Source: Candidatus Omnitrophota bacterium
GTDB lineage: Bacteria; Omnitrophota; Gorgyraeia; DTHP01
Length of the DNA stretch: 64,000 nucleotides
NCBI GenBank assembly: GCA_023819145.1
Contig: JAMWCW010000002.1
Coordinates: forward strand, 75,231 to 139,230
Reading direction: 5' to 3'
Shown here one piece after another: positions 27,890-38,630 of this stretch; the stretch's first letter is position 1, and each line of letters starts with the position of its first letter. A model generated the notes under the pieces. The model did not search any database. It worked only from the letters and a program-made list of their open reading frames with translations, and had not been told where the DNA came from. Both the position numbers and the translations under genes were made by a program.

Positions 27890-28708
27890 TTATTGCAAAT
27901 ATGCACTTACGCATTCCTCCAGAACTTCATGGATATCACGAACTTTAAAACCAGTTTTTTCCAATTTCTTTGTAGAAAGAATTACATTTGTCCTTAACAA
28001 CCCCAATTCTTTCAGGTCAATAATCTTATATCCAAATTCAGGAACATATTTCTTATAAACTTCCAAAAGTTCTGGGTATTTTAAGACCCCTTTATTAAAC
28101 ACATTGTACACTCCCCGGGCATCTATTTTTATTAGATGCTTTAAAGCTTTTAGAAAATCAGGGAGATAAGTAATTGAAGTGGGAATGTCTATTACTCTTT
28201 TATAATTGAGTAATTTGGTGAGGAGATTACGGGGATGGGGACGATCATCTAGAGGAACACGCGGTCTTAAAATAAGAAGAGGATTTTTTCTGGCTAAAGC
28301 CTTCAGGGCCTCTTCGGCATAAATTTTTGTCCGACTGTAAAATAACTCAAAGAAATCCGGAGGCTGGATTTCCATAATGGGTTTCTGTTTTTTGTAATCA
28401 AAATGATAGATACAACCGGAACTGATATGGATGAATTTTATTTTTTTTCTTAAAGAAATTTCAGCCAAAATTAAGGGGACGAGGGTATTGGCAGAGAGAG
28501 TTTTATCTAAATCTTTTTCACATTCATCTACATTTCTACCAATGTGGCCAATACAGTTGATGATTACACAGGGATTAGATCTCTTAACTTCTTCTTCTGC
28601 GTCTTTAAAAGATTTTATTTTTCGTTCGGTAAAAGGACAGCCCAATTCTTCCTGAATCCTTGAACCAATAAACCCTCTACCGAAAACAAGAATCTTATTT
28701 TTATTCAT
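27890..28708 (-). CDS. NDP-4-keto-6-deoxyglucose 3,5-epimerase/4-reductase-like SDR (UER1/NRS-ER type)
   Basis: GRNVDECE, SSGCIY, FYSRTK, LRPRVP and PRNLLTKL..Y..V.DIP motifs as recalled for plant UER1; adjacent to rfbA. Confidence 0.7.
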   Translation of the reverse strand: MNKNKILVFGRGFIGSRIQEELGCPFTERKIKSFKDAEEEVKRSNPCVIINCIGHIGRNVDECEKDLDKTLSANTLVPLILAEISLRKKIKFIHISSGCIYHFDYKKQKPIMEIQPPDFFELFYSRTKIYAEEALKALARKNPLLILRPRVPLDDRPHPRNLLTKLLNYKRVIDIPTSITYLPDFLKALKHLIKIDARGVYNVFNKGVLKYPELLEVYKKYVPEFGYKIIDLKELGLLRTNVILSTKKLEKTGFKVRDIHEVLEECVSAYLQ

Positions 28709-29561
28709 TGATTATTCTTAAAAGATATTCGCCATAAGTTGAATTGTATTGCTCTGCTAATTTTTTGAGTTGCTTTTTATTTATAAATCCCATACGGTAA
28801 GCAACCTCTTCAATACAGCCGATTTTTAAACCTTGGCGTTCCTCAATGGTTTTAATAAATAAAGAGGCATCAATCAGAGAATCGCAAGTTCCCGTATCCA
28901 GCCAGGCATAACCCCGACCTAAAAGGGTAAGTTTTAACTTATTTAATTTTAAATAGGTATTATTAATATCAGTAATTTCCAATTCATCTCTCCAGGAAGG
29001 TTTGAGGCTTTTGGCAATTTTAACCACGCCGTTATCGTAGAAATATAAACCCGTAACTGCCCAATTTGATTTTGGTTTTTTGGGTTTTTCAATAATAGAA
29101 ATCACTTCTTTATTTCTATCAAATTCAATAACGCCATATCTTTGTGGCTCTTTTACATAATATCCAAAAATTGACGCTCCCTCATAACATTTTGCTTCTT
29201 TAAGTAACTCTGGGAGCCCGTGTCCGAAGAAGATATTGTCTCCTAAGATAAGACAGACTCTATCTTTTTTGAGAAAATCTTCTCCGATAATGAAGACTTC
29301 TGCGATCCCTCGCGATTCTTTCTGCTCAGCGTAAGAAAGGCTAATCCCTAATTCTTTTCCCTCACCTAACAAATTTTTAAAGAAAGGAAGCGCCGGGGGA
29401 GTGGAAATTACCAATATCTCTCTAATTCCCGCAAGCATTAGTACCGAAAGGGGATAATAAACAAGCGGTTTATCATATATAGGGAGGAGCTGTTTACAGA
29501 GACCTTTGGTAATGGGATAAAGACGGGTCGCTTTTCCTCCTGCAAGAATTATGCCTTTCAT
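28701..29561 (-). CDS. rfbA: Glucose-1-phosphate thymidylyltransferase
   Basis: GIILAGG.ATRLYPIT...KQLLPIYDKP, LGDNIF, ELEITD and WLDTGT motifs. Confidence 0.95.
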   Translation of the reverse strand: MKGIILAGGKATRLYPITKGLCKQLLPIYDKPLVYYPLSVLMLAGIREILVISTPPALPFFKNLLGEGKELGISLSYAEQKESRGIAEVFIIGEDFLKKDRVCLILGDNIFFGHGLPELLKEAKCYEGASIFGYYVKEPQRYGVIEFDRNKEVISIIEKPKKPKSNWAVTGLYFYDNGVVKIAKSLKPSWRDELEITDINNTYLKLNKLKLTLLGRGYAWLDTGTCDSLIDASLFIKTIEERQGLKIGCIEEVAYRMGFINKKQLKKLAEQYNSTYGEYLLRIINE

Positions 29562-29875
29562 AATTTATCTTTTTTCTCAAACCATTGATTGAACTCAATA
29601 ATAATGGAATTGACCCCGAAACCAAATCCAAAAGCAAGACAGAAGATTTTAAAACCTGTTTCAAAATCAAAAATCTCTACCGCTATTTCCAACTTAGGAA
29701 AAAGAACAAAGGTAAAAATGGTGCTGATGAAGAAAGAAGCAAGGGTTCTTCTTAAATATTTTTTATCAAATTTTATTTTTTTTCCCTGATAGAGCTTGCG
29801 TAAATAGGGACTCATTAAACGCGAAAATATTCCCAGCCAGACGCCCAAAAGAAGGATAAAGAACTCTAAATCCAT
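29558..29875 (-). CDS. Small hypothetical membrane protein (3 TM)
   Basis: SD AAGGAG upstream; hydrophobic segments; overlaps the rfbA start. Confidence 0.6.
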   Translation of the reverse strand: MDLEFFILLLGVWLGIFSRLMSPYLRKLYQGKKIKFDKKYLRRTLASFFISTIFTFVLFPKLEIAVEIFDFETGFKIFCLAFGFGFGVNSIIIEFNQWFEKKDKL

Positions 29876-29906
29876 CTCCTTACCAACCGTTTAACTATTC
29901 AACTAT

Positions 29907-30836
29907 TTAACTACTCCCTTTAAACCAAGCAATAGTTTTCTTTAGCCCTTCCTCGAAACTAACTTTTGGTTCCCAATTAAGAAGTTTCTTTGCTAAAGTA
30001 ATATCGGGTTTTCTCTGTTTAGGATCATCTTGAGGAAGAGGCTTAAATTCAATCCTACTTTTACTTCCAGTAATCCGAATGATTAATTTTGCTAATTCTA
30101 TTATGGAGCACTCCTGGGGATTCCCTAAATTTACCGGAGAGTGATACTCTACGTGCATAAGTTTGATTATTCCTTCAATAAGGTCAGAAATATAACAGAA
30201 ACTACGGGTTTGCGTTCCCTCTCCGTAGACCGTCAAGGGTTCATTGGCAAGTGCCTGATTAATAAAGTTAGGAATTACCCGACCATCTTGTTTTCGCATT
30301 CTTTCCCCATAAGTATTAAAAATACGCACAATCCGCGTGTCTATTTTATGGACACGGTGATAGGCCATAGTAATTGCTTCTGCAAAACGCTTTGCCTCGT
30401 CGTAAACTCCCCGTGGACCAACGGGATTGACGTTTCCCCAGTAAGTTTCACGCTGGGGATGAATAAGGGGGTCTCCGTAAACTTCGGAAGTGGAAGCAAG
30501 AAGAAATTTTGCTTTTTTTGCCTTGGCAATACCTAAAGCATTGTGTGTTCCCAGCGAACCGACTTTTAGGGTCTGAATGGGGAAATTTAGATAATCAATG
30601 GGACTCGCGGGCGAAGCAAAGTGAAGAACATAGTCTATATCTTCCTCAATTTCTATGGATTTTGTTATATCGTGCTGAATAAATTTAAAAGAAGGGTTTT
30701 TAAGTAGGGGTTCGATGTTGGGAAGTTCTCCGGTAATTAAGTTATCTAAACAGATAATTCGGTTTCCCTCTTTAATTAACCGCTCACAAAGATGCGAACC
30801 AATAAAACCTGCACCGCCAGTGATTAAAATATTCAT
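29907..30836 (-). CDS. UDP-glucuronate decarboxylase (UDP-xylose synthase)
   Basis: [35 protein letters not shown] and [10 protein letters not shown] motifs. Confidence 0.93.
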   Translation of the reverse strand: MNILITGGAGFIGSHLCERLIKEGNRIICLDNLITGELPNIEPLLKNPSFKFIQHDITKSIEIEEDIDYVLHFASPASPIDYLNFPIQTLKVGSLGTHNALGIAKAKKAKFLLASTSEVYGDPLIHPQRETYWGNVNPVGPRGVYDEAKRFAEAITMAYHRVHKIDTRIVRIFNTYGERMRKQDGRVIPNFINQALANEPLTVYGEGTQTRSFCYISDLIEGIIKLMHVEYHSPVNLGNPQECSIIELAKLIIRITGSKSRIEFKPLPQDDPKQRKPDITLAKKLLNWEPKVSFEEGLKKTIAWFKGSS

Positions 30837-30838
30837 CT

Positions 30839-31225
30839 CTATTCTTCTTCGGGTAAATAATAAGATTCTTCTGAATTAATTGAAGATATCTCTTTAAGTA
30901 GAGAAACCAATTGTTGAGAAAGTTCGTTAAAATTAAGCCCTTCTACTTCTTCTTTGCTGAAACCCAACATGTAGACTACATCTTCCAGCCTAATTATCCC
31001 ATCTTTATCCCATCCCTGTGAAGGTTCAATTCCTAATTCTCTGAGCACCTTGAAATAATCCTCTTCAGCGGTTGAAGAAGATAAAAGTGACTCTAAATTA
31101 GCTTCCTTTAACAAAAGTTTAGCAAAATCTAGGTGACTTACTCCCTCCATAAACTTTGTCTCTTCTGCATAAAGCGAAGTCAAGAACATAAAAACCGAAC
31201 AGATTAATAAAATTGGTCTTAACAT
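30839..31225 (-). CDS. Hypothetical exported acidic protein (probable start ATG 31225)
   Basis: SD AGGAGG before ATG 31225; signal-peptide-like N-terminus. Confidence 0.6.
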   Translation of the reverse strand: MLRPILLICSVFMFLTSLYAEETKFMEGVSHLDFAKLLLKEANLESLLSSSTAEEDYFKVLRELGIEPSQGWDKDGIIRLEDVVYMLGFSKEEVEGLNFNELSQQLVSLLKEISSINSEESYYLPEEE

Positions 31226-31255
31226 AAAGCCTCCTTTCTTAACTAAACCAAAACT

Positions 31256-31274
31256 GCCCACCTACGAGGTGGGC
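31256..31274. repeat. GC-rich perfect hairpin GCCCACCT-ACG-AGGTGGGC (terminator or processing stem)
   Basis: 8-bp perfect stem immediately after the stop of 31275-32237; weak U tract on the minus strand. Confidence 0.5.
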
Positions 31275-32237
31275 TTAGGTTTGGGAGTATCTTTCCCTGA
31301 ACCAGGTAACAGTTTTTTCTAATCCCTTCTGAAAATCTACCTTAGGCAGAAAACCTAATTTTCCTTTTGCCTTAGAGATATCTGCCCAGGTTCTTTGCAC
31401 ATCACCTGCACGGGGAGGAACAAATCTGGGCTTTATTTTTTTGTGCAGGATATTGTTCAAAATTTTAAGAAGCGCAAGTACCGAATAATCTTTCCCCGAA
31501 GCAATGTTAAAAACCTCTCCACTAATTCCTGGAATCTTCATAGCTAAAAGATTTGCTTCCACTACATTATCGATATAAGTAAAATCGCGGGATTGTTTTC
31601 CATCTCCATAAATAGGAGGCCGTTCATTATGCAAAAGGCTAACAATAAATTGGGGAACTACAATGGCATATTGTGATTCTAGTGATTGCCGGGGACCAAA
31701 AACATTAAAGTAACGTAAGGAAACCGTCTCTAAACCAAAACTCGCACTAAATACCTGACAATAATATTCCCCCGCAAGCTTGGAGCATGCATAGGGAGAA
31801 ATAGGATGAGGCAAGAAATTTTCTTTCTCGGGGAAAACGTTGGTTTCTCCATAAACAGAACTGGAAGAAGCATACACCACTCTTCTTACTCCTGTTTTTT
31901 TACTGGCAAGAAGGATGTTGAGCGTTCCTCCAATATTAACTTCGTTGTATTCTCGAGGGTGTTGCATAGACTTGGGGACAGACCGTAAGGCAGCCTGATG
32001 AAAAACATAATCTACTCCCCGACATGCCCTTTCACAAGTCTTTAGGTCACGGATATCTCCTGTAATTAAGATAAAATTTCTTCCTCTTCGCGCATAGCGC
32101 CGAGTAAAAGACAAATTTTCTATTCTACCGCTTAAAAGATTATCTAAAACTTTCACCCTCTGCCCTGCTTTAAGCAAGGCTTCTACAATATGCGAACCAA
32201 TAAATCCTGCTCCGCCGGTTACTAAGTAAGTAGACAT
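31275..32237 (-). CDS. UDP-GlcNAc(A) 4-epimerase, WbpP/TviC-like SDR
   Basis: HQAAL.SVP.S, ASSSSVYG, SPYACSK, LRYFNVFGPRQ and GDGKQSRDF motifs. Confidence 0.88.
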   Translation of the reverse strand: MSTYLVTGGAGFIGSHIVEALLKAGQRVKVLDNLLSGRIENLSFTRRYARRGRNFILITGDIRDLKTCERACRGVDYVFHQAALRSVPKSMQHPREYNEVNIGGTLNILLASKKTGVRRVVYASSSSVYGETNVFPEKENFLPHPISPYACSKLAGEYYCQVFSASFGLETVSLRYFNVFGPRQSLESQYAIVVPQFIVSLLHNERPPIYGDGKQSRDFTYIDNVVEANLLAMKIPGISGEVFNIASGKDYSVLALLKILNNILHKKIKPRFVPPRAGDVQRTWADISKAKGKLGFLPKVDFQKGLEKTVTWFRERYSQT

Positions 32238-32253
32238 GTGAAAAGTTTAAAGT

Positions 32254-33558
32254 TTAAATGCGTATAATCTTTTTATTGTCTTTATAGAAACTTAAGGCGT
32301 TACGGGTATCAATGATTAATTTTGCCTCTTTAACAATCAAGCTATAGTCTAAACAAAGATGGTCGGTAACGATAATAACGCAGTCGGTTTCTCTTAAAAC
32401 TCCCTCTTCTAAACTAAGTGAATTGTAAATCTTATCTTCTATCTGTATTTGAGAAATATAGGGGTCATGATAAGAAACAATCGCTTTTTTCTCTTCCAGA
32501 AGTTTAATAATCTCTAAAGCAGGAGATTCTCTGGTGTCCACAACATCTCTTTTGTAGGTTATTCCAATAACCAAAATCCGCGCATTCTTCAAGGGTTTAG
32601 CTTGTTCATTTAAAGCTGAGATGGTTTTCTCTATAATATAATGGGGCATATAAGTGTTAATTTGATGGGCGAGTTCAATGAACCGTGCTTCAAATCCATG
32701 GGAGCGCGCTTTCCAAGAAAGGTAAAGTGGGTCGTAGGGAATACAGTGGCCACCAATCCCCGGACCGGGATAAAATGCCATAAAACCAAAAGGCTTTGTT
32801 TTAGCAGCGGAAATAACTTCCCATACATCAATTCCTAATCTGTCACAAAGAAGAGCAATTTCATTTATTAAACCAATATTTACTGCACGGAAGGTATTTT
32901 CTAGAAGTTTTACCATTTCCGCCACTTTTGCCGAAGAAACAGCAATTACTTCATTAACAATCTGATGATAAAGAGTATAAACAAGGTCGGTACTCTCGGC
33001 GTCTATTCCTCCTACCACTTTGGGAATATTCTTAGTATTAAACTGTGGATTACCGGGGTCGATTCTTTCCGGAGAAAAGGCAAGAAATATATCCTTACCC
33101 ACCTTAAAACCTTTTTTTTCGAGCATAGGGAGAATTAATTCATCGGTTGTTCCGGGGTAAGTAGTGCTTTCTAAAATAATAATCTGCCCTTTTCGCAAAT
33201 AGTGCGAAACCTTCTCGGTAGCTTCAATGATATAAGAGATGTCTGGCTCTTTAGTCTTACGTAAAGGCGTAGGAACACAAACAATAATAATGTCCGCCTT
33301 TTGCAAAATATCACTTTTGGAAGTAGCTTTGAATCTTTTTTCTTTTATCTGGTTTTTTAAATCCTTACCGGAAACATCAAGAATATAAGAAACCCCTCTA
33401 TTTACTTTTCTTACCTTATCCTCATCTACCTCTAACCCCATAACCTCAAAACCTTCTTTGGCAAATTCTAAGGCAAGGGGTAAACCGACGTAACCCAATC
33501 CTATCACACAGATTTTAGTTTGGCGATTGATGATATTCCTCTTTAACTCATCTACCAT
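32254..33558 (-). CDS. UDP-N-acetyl-hexosamine 6-dehydrogenase (WbpA/WecC family)
   Basis: GLGYVGLP, CVPTP, ESTTYPGTT, SPERIDPGN and GIGGHCIP motifs. Confidence 0.92.
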   Translation of the reverse strand: MVDELKRNIINRQTKICVIGLGYVGLPLALEFAKEGFEVMGLEVDEDKVRKVNRGVSYILDVSGKDLKNQIKEKRFKATSKSDILQKADIIIVCVPTPLRKTKEPDISYIIEATEKVSHYLRKGQIIILESTTYPGTTDELILPMLEKKGFKVGKDIFLAFSPERIDPGNPQFNTKNIPKVVGGIDAESTDLVYTLYHQIVNEVIAVSSAKVAEMVKLLENTFRAVNIGLINEIALLCDRLGIDVWEVISAAKTKPFGFMAFYPGPGIGGHCIPYDPLYLSWKARSHGFEARFIELAHQINTYMPHYIIEKTISALNEQAKPLKNARILVIGITYKRDVVDTRESPALEIIKLLEEKKAIVSYHDPYISQIQIEDKIYNSLSLEEGVLRETDCVIIVTDHLCLDYSLIVKEAKLIIDTRNALSFYKDNKKIIRI

Positions 33559-34531
33559 CTTTTCTCCTTGCTTTGTTTTTTAGATGCTTCCACCATAAGG
33601 TGTTTTTTTTATACCAATCTACAGTCTCTTTAAGAGCATCTTCAAAAGAATATACTGGACTCCATCCTAAAGCTTTTATCTTAGAGGAATCTAAAGCATA
33701 GCGAAAATCATGCCCGGGACGGTCGGAAACATATTCTATAAAATCACCTTGCTTCTCCATCATCTGTAACAAAATTTTAGCAAGTTGAATGTTACTTAAG
33801 AAGTTTCCACCTCCAATATTATAAATTTCACCAATTCTTCCTTTATGCATTACGATATCGATGGCGGAAACATTGTCTAAAACATAAAGCCAATCTCTCG
33901 TATTTAAACCATTGCCGTATAGAGGAATTTTTTTGTTTTCTAACAGATTGGTAATGAATAAGGGAATTATCTTCTCAGGATATTGATAAGGACCAAAATT
34001 GTTGGAGGAACGAGTTATAATTACCGGCAGTTTATAGGTCCGATAATAAGAAAGAGCCAAGAGGTCTGCGGATGCCTTGGAAACAGCATAAGGATTAGAA
34101 GGATTTAGGGAAGTATCTTCTTTAAAAAATCCCTCTCTTCTGCTTCCATAGACTTCATCAGTAGATATCTGGAGAAATAAGTCTATTTTTTTATCTCTCG
34201 CTGACTCTAAGAGCATATAGGTTCCATAAAAATTTGTTCTTAAAAAATCATCCGCTTTCTTAAGGGAGCGGTCTACATGAGTTTCGCTTGCAAAATTTAT
34301 TAGAGTATCTACCTCTTTTATCAAATTTTTTACAACTTTAAAATTGCAGATATCACCCTTTATAAATTTATAGCGGGAGTCTTTTTCTATATCCTTTAAA
34401 TTCTTTAAGTTTCCTGCATAGGTAAGTTTGTCTAAATTTATGACTTTATATTGAGGATATTTCTTAAGAATGTAACGGATGAAATTTGAACCAATAAAAC
34501 CGCAACCTCCGGTAACTAAAATCTTCTCCAT
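33548..34531 (-). CDS. rfbB: dTDP-glucose 4,6-dehydratase
   Basis: DKLTYAGN, ETHVDRS, STDEVYG, PEK.IP and DRPGHDFRY motifs. Confidence 0.95.
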   Translation of the reverse strand: MEKILVTGGCGFIGSNFIRYILKKYPQYKVINLDKLTYAGNLKNLKDIEKDSRYKFIKGDICNFKVVKNLIKEVDTLINFASETHVDRSLKKADDFLRTNFYGTYMLLESARDKKIDLFLQISTDEVYGSRREGFFKEDTSLNPSNPYAVSKASADLLALSYYRTYKLPVIITRSSNNFGPYQYPEKIIPLFITNLLENKKIPLYGNGLNTRDWLYVLDNVSAIDIVMHKGRIGEIYNIGGGNFLSNIQLAKILLQMMEKQGDFIEYVSDRPGHDFRYALDSSKIKALGWSPVYSFEDALKETVDWYKKNTLWWKHLKNKARRKDGR

Positions 34532-35832
34532 TAAAACCAGCCTCTCCCTATGCCCGTATAACGAAAACCAAGCTTCTTTACCTTATCGGGCTCATAAATA
34601 TTCCTGCCATCAATGATAATTGGTTGGCGCATTAATCTTTTTAATCTCAATAAATCCAACTCTTTAAACTCATTCCATTCAGTAACAATTGCCAAACAGT
34701 CAGCATTTCTTGCCACCTCATAAGAGTTGCGACAGAAGTGAATTTTATCTTTTAAAACCTCTTTCACTTTAGGCATCGCCTGGGGGTCAAAACAACGAAT
34801 ATTTGCACCCTCTTTAAGTAATGCAGAAATAATTTCCAGGGAAGGAGCATTACGAATATCGTCGGTATTGGGTTTAAAAGAAAGTCCTAAAATGCCAATA
34901 TTTTTATCTTGGATGACCCAAAGAGCATCTTTAATCTTTTTTAAGAAAAGGGTTTTTTGGTTTTCGTTTATCTTTCTTACCGCTTTCAGGAGTTCAAATT
35001 CATACCCCGCCTTATCAGCAATGTGAATAAAAGCATCCACATCTTTGGGAAAGCAGGAACCTCCATAACCAATGCCTGCATCAAGAAAGGCTCTACCGAT
35101 ACGCTTATCTAACCCCATCCCTTCCGCCACCTTCAATACATCTGCTCCTGTTTTTTCACAAATATTGGCAATGGCATTGATAAAAGAAATCTTTGTGGCT
35201 AAAAAGGAATTGGCTGCGTGTTTAATCATTTCTGCAGAATTTATGTCTGTAAAAATTATGGGGGCCTTTAAGGGTTTATACAATTCAGAAAGAATTTCTT
35301 TTGCCTTTCTTGACTCTACGCCAATCACAATGCGGTCAGGATGAAGAAAATCTTGAATTGCTGAACCTTCTCTTAAAAACTCCGGATTGGAAGCAATATC
35401 AAACTTTACCCTACCACGGTTAAATACTTTTATGGTATGCTCAATCCATTTACCTGTTTCCACAGGAACAGTGCTTTTCTCAACGATAATTCGATAGGTG
35501 CGCATATTACAAGCAATTTCACGAGCGACATTTTCTACAAAAGTCAAATCCGCTTCTCCTCCAGACTTGGAAGGTGTTCCCACAGCAATAAATATCACTA
35601 GAGAGTTTTTGACAACAGTTTTTATCTGGTTAGTAAAAGAAAGACGTTTCTCTCTCAAATTACGTACAACCATTTCTTCCAGACCGGGTTCGTAAAAAGA
35701 AACTCTTCCTTTTTTAAGAAGTTCTATTTTCTTTTTGTCTGAATCCATACAGATAACTTCATTACCCAAATCAGCAAAACAGGCTCCTGTAACCAACCCT
35801 ACATACCCTGAACCAATTATTCCTATTTTCAT
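34531..35832 (-). CDS. ugd: UDP-glucose 6-dehydrogenase
   Basis: GSGYVGL, AVGTP, KSTVP, SNPEFLREG, GYGGSCFPKD and FKPNTDD motifs. Confidence 0.93.
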   Translation of the reverse strand: MKIGIIGSGYVGLVTGACFADLGNEVICMDSDKKKIELLKKGRVSFYEPGLEEMVVRNLREKRLSFTNQIKTVVKNSLVIFIAVGTPSKSGGEADLTFVENVAREIACNMRTYRIIVEKSTVPVETGKWIEHTIKVFNRGRVKFDIASNPEFLREGSAIQDFLHPDRIVIGVESRKAKEILSELYKPLKAPIIFTDINSAEMIKHAANSFLATKISFINAIANICEKTGADVLKVAEGMGLDKRIGRAFLDAGIGYGGSCFPKDVDAFIHIADKAGYEFELLKAVRKINENQKTLFLKKIKDALWVIQDKNIGILGLSFKPNTDDIRNAPSLEIISALLKEGANIRCFDPQAMPKVKEVLKDKIHFCRNSYEVARNADCLAIVTEWNEFKELDLLRLKRLMRQPIIIDGRNIYEPDKVKKLGFRYTGIGRGWF

Positions 35833-35838
35833 CTTAAA

Positions 35839-37956
35839 TCACCTTGTAATTTTGGGTTTGGAATAAGATGCAGAAAATCTAAACGGAATTTCAGGGAAGG
35901 CCTTAAGTCTAAAAATAACCCAAAAAGAATATCCGTCATTTATATTGAGCGAGAATTCCCCTGTCCAGCAATGCAGGTCTTTTACTATCGCATACTCTTG
36001 CTCTACAAAATCGTTTATTCTTTTTGTGCCATCTTCTAAAATCTTCTTAAAGTCATACCGCTCATAAACGCGGAATTGCCATTTTGAATTTAAATTATAA
36101 ATAAAAGAGGTAGTTATCTCATTAATAGAGTTCTTTTCATATCTCGAACCTAAGCCTAATGACCAGATATCATTATGGGAGGCAATTAAATCAAAGTTTG
36201 CAGTATTAAAATTTTTCGAAGGAGGGTCATAAATAGCGTCGGATTCAAATCTCAACCAATTGTAAGGAGTAAGCTCTAAATCGAGCTTAAAATTCCGCCA
36301 CTGGCTACCGGTATCTTCAGGTTTGAAATGGTAATCGCCAGTAAAAAGGAAATTTCCCAAGTCAACCGTCTTTAAATTGTCCTTTTCTTTTCTTTTAGTC
36401 TGGAGTCTATTTTCTATGCCCAGTGTAACGACATTTTCTCGGTTTATAGAATCTAAAGAATCAAAACCCATTAGTTTATCAGGGAGAATTGTGGGTTGGT
36501 GGATATATTTATAGTTGGCTATGGGTGTAACTATATGCCTTAATTTATTTATATCCAATCCTAAAAAATCTGAATGGATATCGTATATTTTATAAAACCT
36601 TGTGCTTATATCCATACCTGAATAGAATATACCTCTTATTTCTGCTTCATCACCATATTTATCTTTAGAATAATATGTCTGGCGCGTGCCAATATAGGGA
36701 TTGAGATTTAAAAAACCAAACTTTGAAAAATACGAAAGCCGATTATAACTGTCAAATCTCCGCACATCGTCGTCTAAATCGGAACCGGCATTTTTATTGG
36801 TGAGGTTTGCAAAACTGTAATCAGATTTATAATAAAACATTGAGTTACCCAATTTTTGGTTCATCAGGTTAAGCGCAATCTCAGGTAAGCGTTCAGTCTC
36901 GGTGAAGAAGCGATTGGTTCTTTTCTGAACCAAAAAAGAAAGATTATAAACAGGCTGTGAGTTGATTATGGAGAGGTAAGACTTCGGATGATTATCGTTT
37001 ACATATTCTTCGCGGTAGAAATAGTCTTTGATAAAATCTATATCACTCATTTTGTGATACTCCATCAGCGCACGGGTATCATCGCTTATCTGCCAGCGGT
37101 GTTTCAATTGAACCCGATAACGTTCTGTCTCCTGGCGCACTTCCTTAGAAACGGATTTATCTCGCTCATTCATATAATAATAACGAAAAAATCCTGAACC
37201 AAAGTGCTTTATGGAATATTCCTGGTCTAAACCATGCGCAAAGCCTTTTCTTTCTCGATAGTCAAGATGAATAAATCCTTTTTTATCCTCAATAAAATTG
37301 TGGCGCCAAGCAGTAAGCATGTACCATCCCCATTTCTTATTTCTGCCGGGTATAAAAATAAAATGAGGATATTTTTCTGTTAAAGAATATCTTAAATATG
37401 GAAGATAAAATAGAGGAACATTACCCACCATAAAGGAGACGTCATGCGCTACTATTTTATCATCTAAGAACACCTCAATCTTTCTTGACCTTATGCGATA
37501 GTGGGGTTTTCCCTGGTCGCAGGTGGTGATATAGCCCTCTTCTACTACATATTCCTTATCTGCTATCTTCTCTGCCGATTTACCTCCTCCATACCAAGGT
37601 CCCATTTTCTCCATACTTAGATTTATGACTTCACCCTTCTTGGTTTCAAAATTGTAATAGAGTTTATCTCCCGTAAAAAGTGTATTGTCCTGATACAATT
37701 TTACATTACCTGAAGCAATAGCAGCTTTTGTTTCAGTAAAGAATTCTATTCTTTCACAGGTAAGTTTCATGTTTTGATAAACTATCTCTACATTTCCCTC
37801 GCCGATTATCTTCTTCTCCTGCGTTAAATACTCTACATTATCTCCTTTAACTGTTACCGAACCCATATCCTGAGCAAGAACTACAAACGCAAAACGTAAA
37901 ATGCAAAATATAAAACTGAATATTAAAGTGTAAAATTTAAATCTTCTGAATTTCAT
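35839..37956 (-). CDS. lptD: LPS-assembly outer-membrane protein LptD
   Basis: Signal peptide; OstA-like jellyroll; TTCD..PHY, VP.FYLP and C-terminal LHCW motifs. Confidence 0.85.
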   Translation of the reverse strand: MKFRRFKFYTLIFSFIFCILRFAFVVLAQDMGSVTVKGDNVEYLTQEKKIIGEGNVEIVYQNMKLTCERIEFFTETKAAIASGNVKLYQDNTLFTGDKLYYNFETKKGEVINLSMEKMGPWYGGGKSAEKIADKEYVVEEGYITTCDQGKPHYRIRSRKIEVFLDDKIVAHDVSFMVGNVPLFYLPYLRYSLTEKYPHFIFIPGRNKKWGWYMLTAWRHNFIEDKKGFIHLDYRERKGFAHGLDQEYSIKHFGSGFFRYYYMNERDKSVSKEVRQETERYRVQLKHRWQISDDTRALMEYHKMSDIDFIKDYFYREEYVNDNHPKSYLSIINSQPVYNLSFLVQKRTNRFFTETERLPEIALNLMNQKLGNSMFYYKSDYSFANLTNKNAGSDLDDDVRRFDSYNRLSYFSKFGFLNLNPYIGTRQTYYSKDKYGDEAEIRGIFYSGMDISTRFYKIYDIHSDFLGLDINKLRHIVTPIANYKYIHQPTILPDKLMGFDSLDSINRENVVTLGIENRLQTKRKEKDNLKTVDLGNFLFTGDYHFKPEDTGSQWRNFKLDLELTPYNWLRFESDAIYDPPSKNFNTANFDLIASHNDIWSLGLGSRYEKNSINEITTSFIYNLNSKWQFRVYERYDFKKILEDGTKRINDFVEQEYAIVKDLHCWTGEFSLNINDGYSFWVIFRLKAFPEIPFRFSASYSKPKITR

Positions 37957-38630
37957 CTTGAACCTCTAATCTTAATTTTTGGGTTTACACTCGGTACTTT
38001 TTTCCAATCATCCAGAAAACGCTTAATGCCAATATCGGTCAAGGGGTGCTTTAAAAGTTGTTCTAAGACACTAAAGGGACAGGTAGCAACATCTGCTCCG
38101 ATAAGGGCTGAATCCAAAACATGAATGGGGTTACGCACACTGGCAACAATAATCTGGGTAGCGAAGTGATAGTTATCAAAAATAGTGCGAATATCCCCAA
38201 TTAAATCCATTCCTCTTGTACTTATGTCATCAAGTCTCCCTACAAAAGGAGAAATATAACTCGCACCCGCCTTAGCAGCAAGCATTGCCTGAGTGGCAGA
38301 AAAACAGAGAGTAACGTTGGTTTTTATCCCCTCTGCCGACAGTATCTTTACCGCTTTTAAACCTTCTGTGTTCAAAGGAATCTTGACGACGATATTTTTA
38401 TGTATTTGGGAAAGGAAGCGGGCTTCTTTAATAATTGATTCCTTATCCAAACTCACCGCTTCCGCTGAAATTGGGCCATCGACAATTTCGCATATTTCTT
38501 TAATCAATTTAATAAAATCTTTTCCCTCTTTCGCAACCAGCGTAGGATTGGTGGTTACACCGTTAATAACACCCCAACTCGCCGCTTCGCGAATTTCATC
38601 AAGATTAGCGGAATCGATAAATAGTTTCAT
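37953..38630 (-). CDS. tal: Transaldolase (TalC/FSA family, transaldolase residues)
   Basis: GVTTNP, SAE (Glu), VVKIP, NVTL.FS and SPFVGRLDD (Phe rather than the FSA Tyr). Confidence 0.88.
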   Translation of the reverse strand: MKLFIDSANLDEIREAASWGVINGVTTNPTLVAKEGKDFIKLIKEICEIVDGPISAEAVSLDKESIIKEARFLSQIHKNIVVKIPLNTEGLKAVKILSAEGIKTNVTLCFSATQAMLAAKAGASYISPFVGRLDDISTRGMDLIGDIRTIFDNYHFATQIIVASVRNPIHVLDSALIGADVATCPFSVLEQLLKHPLTDIGIKRFLDDWKKVPSVNPKIKIRGSR

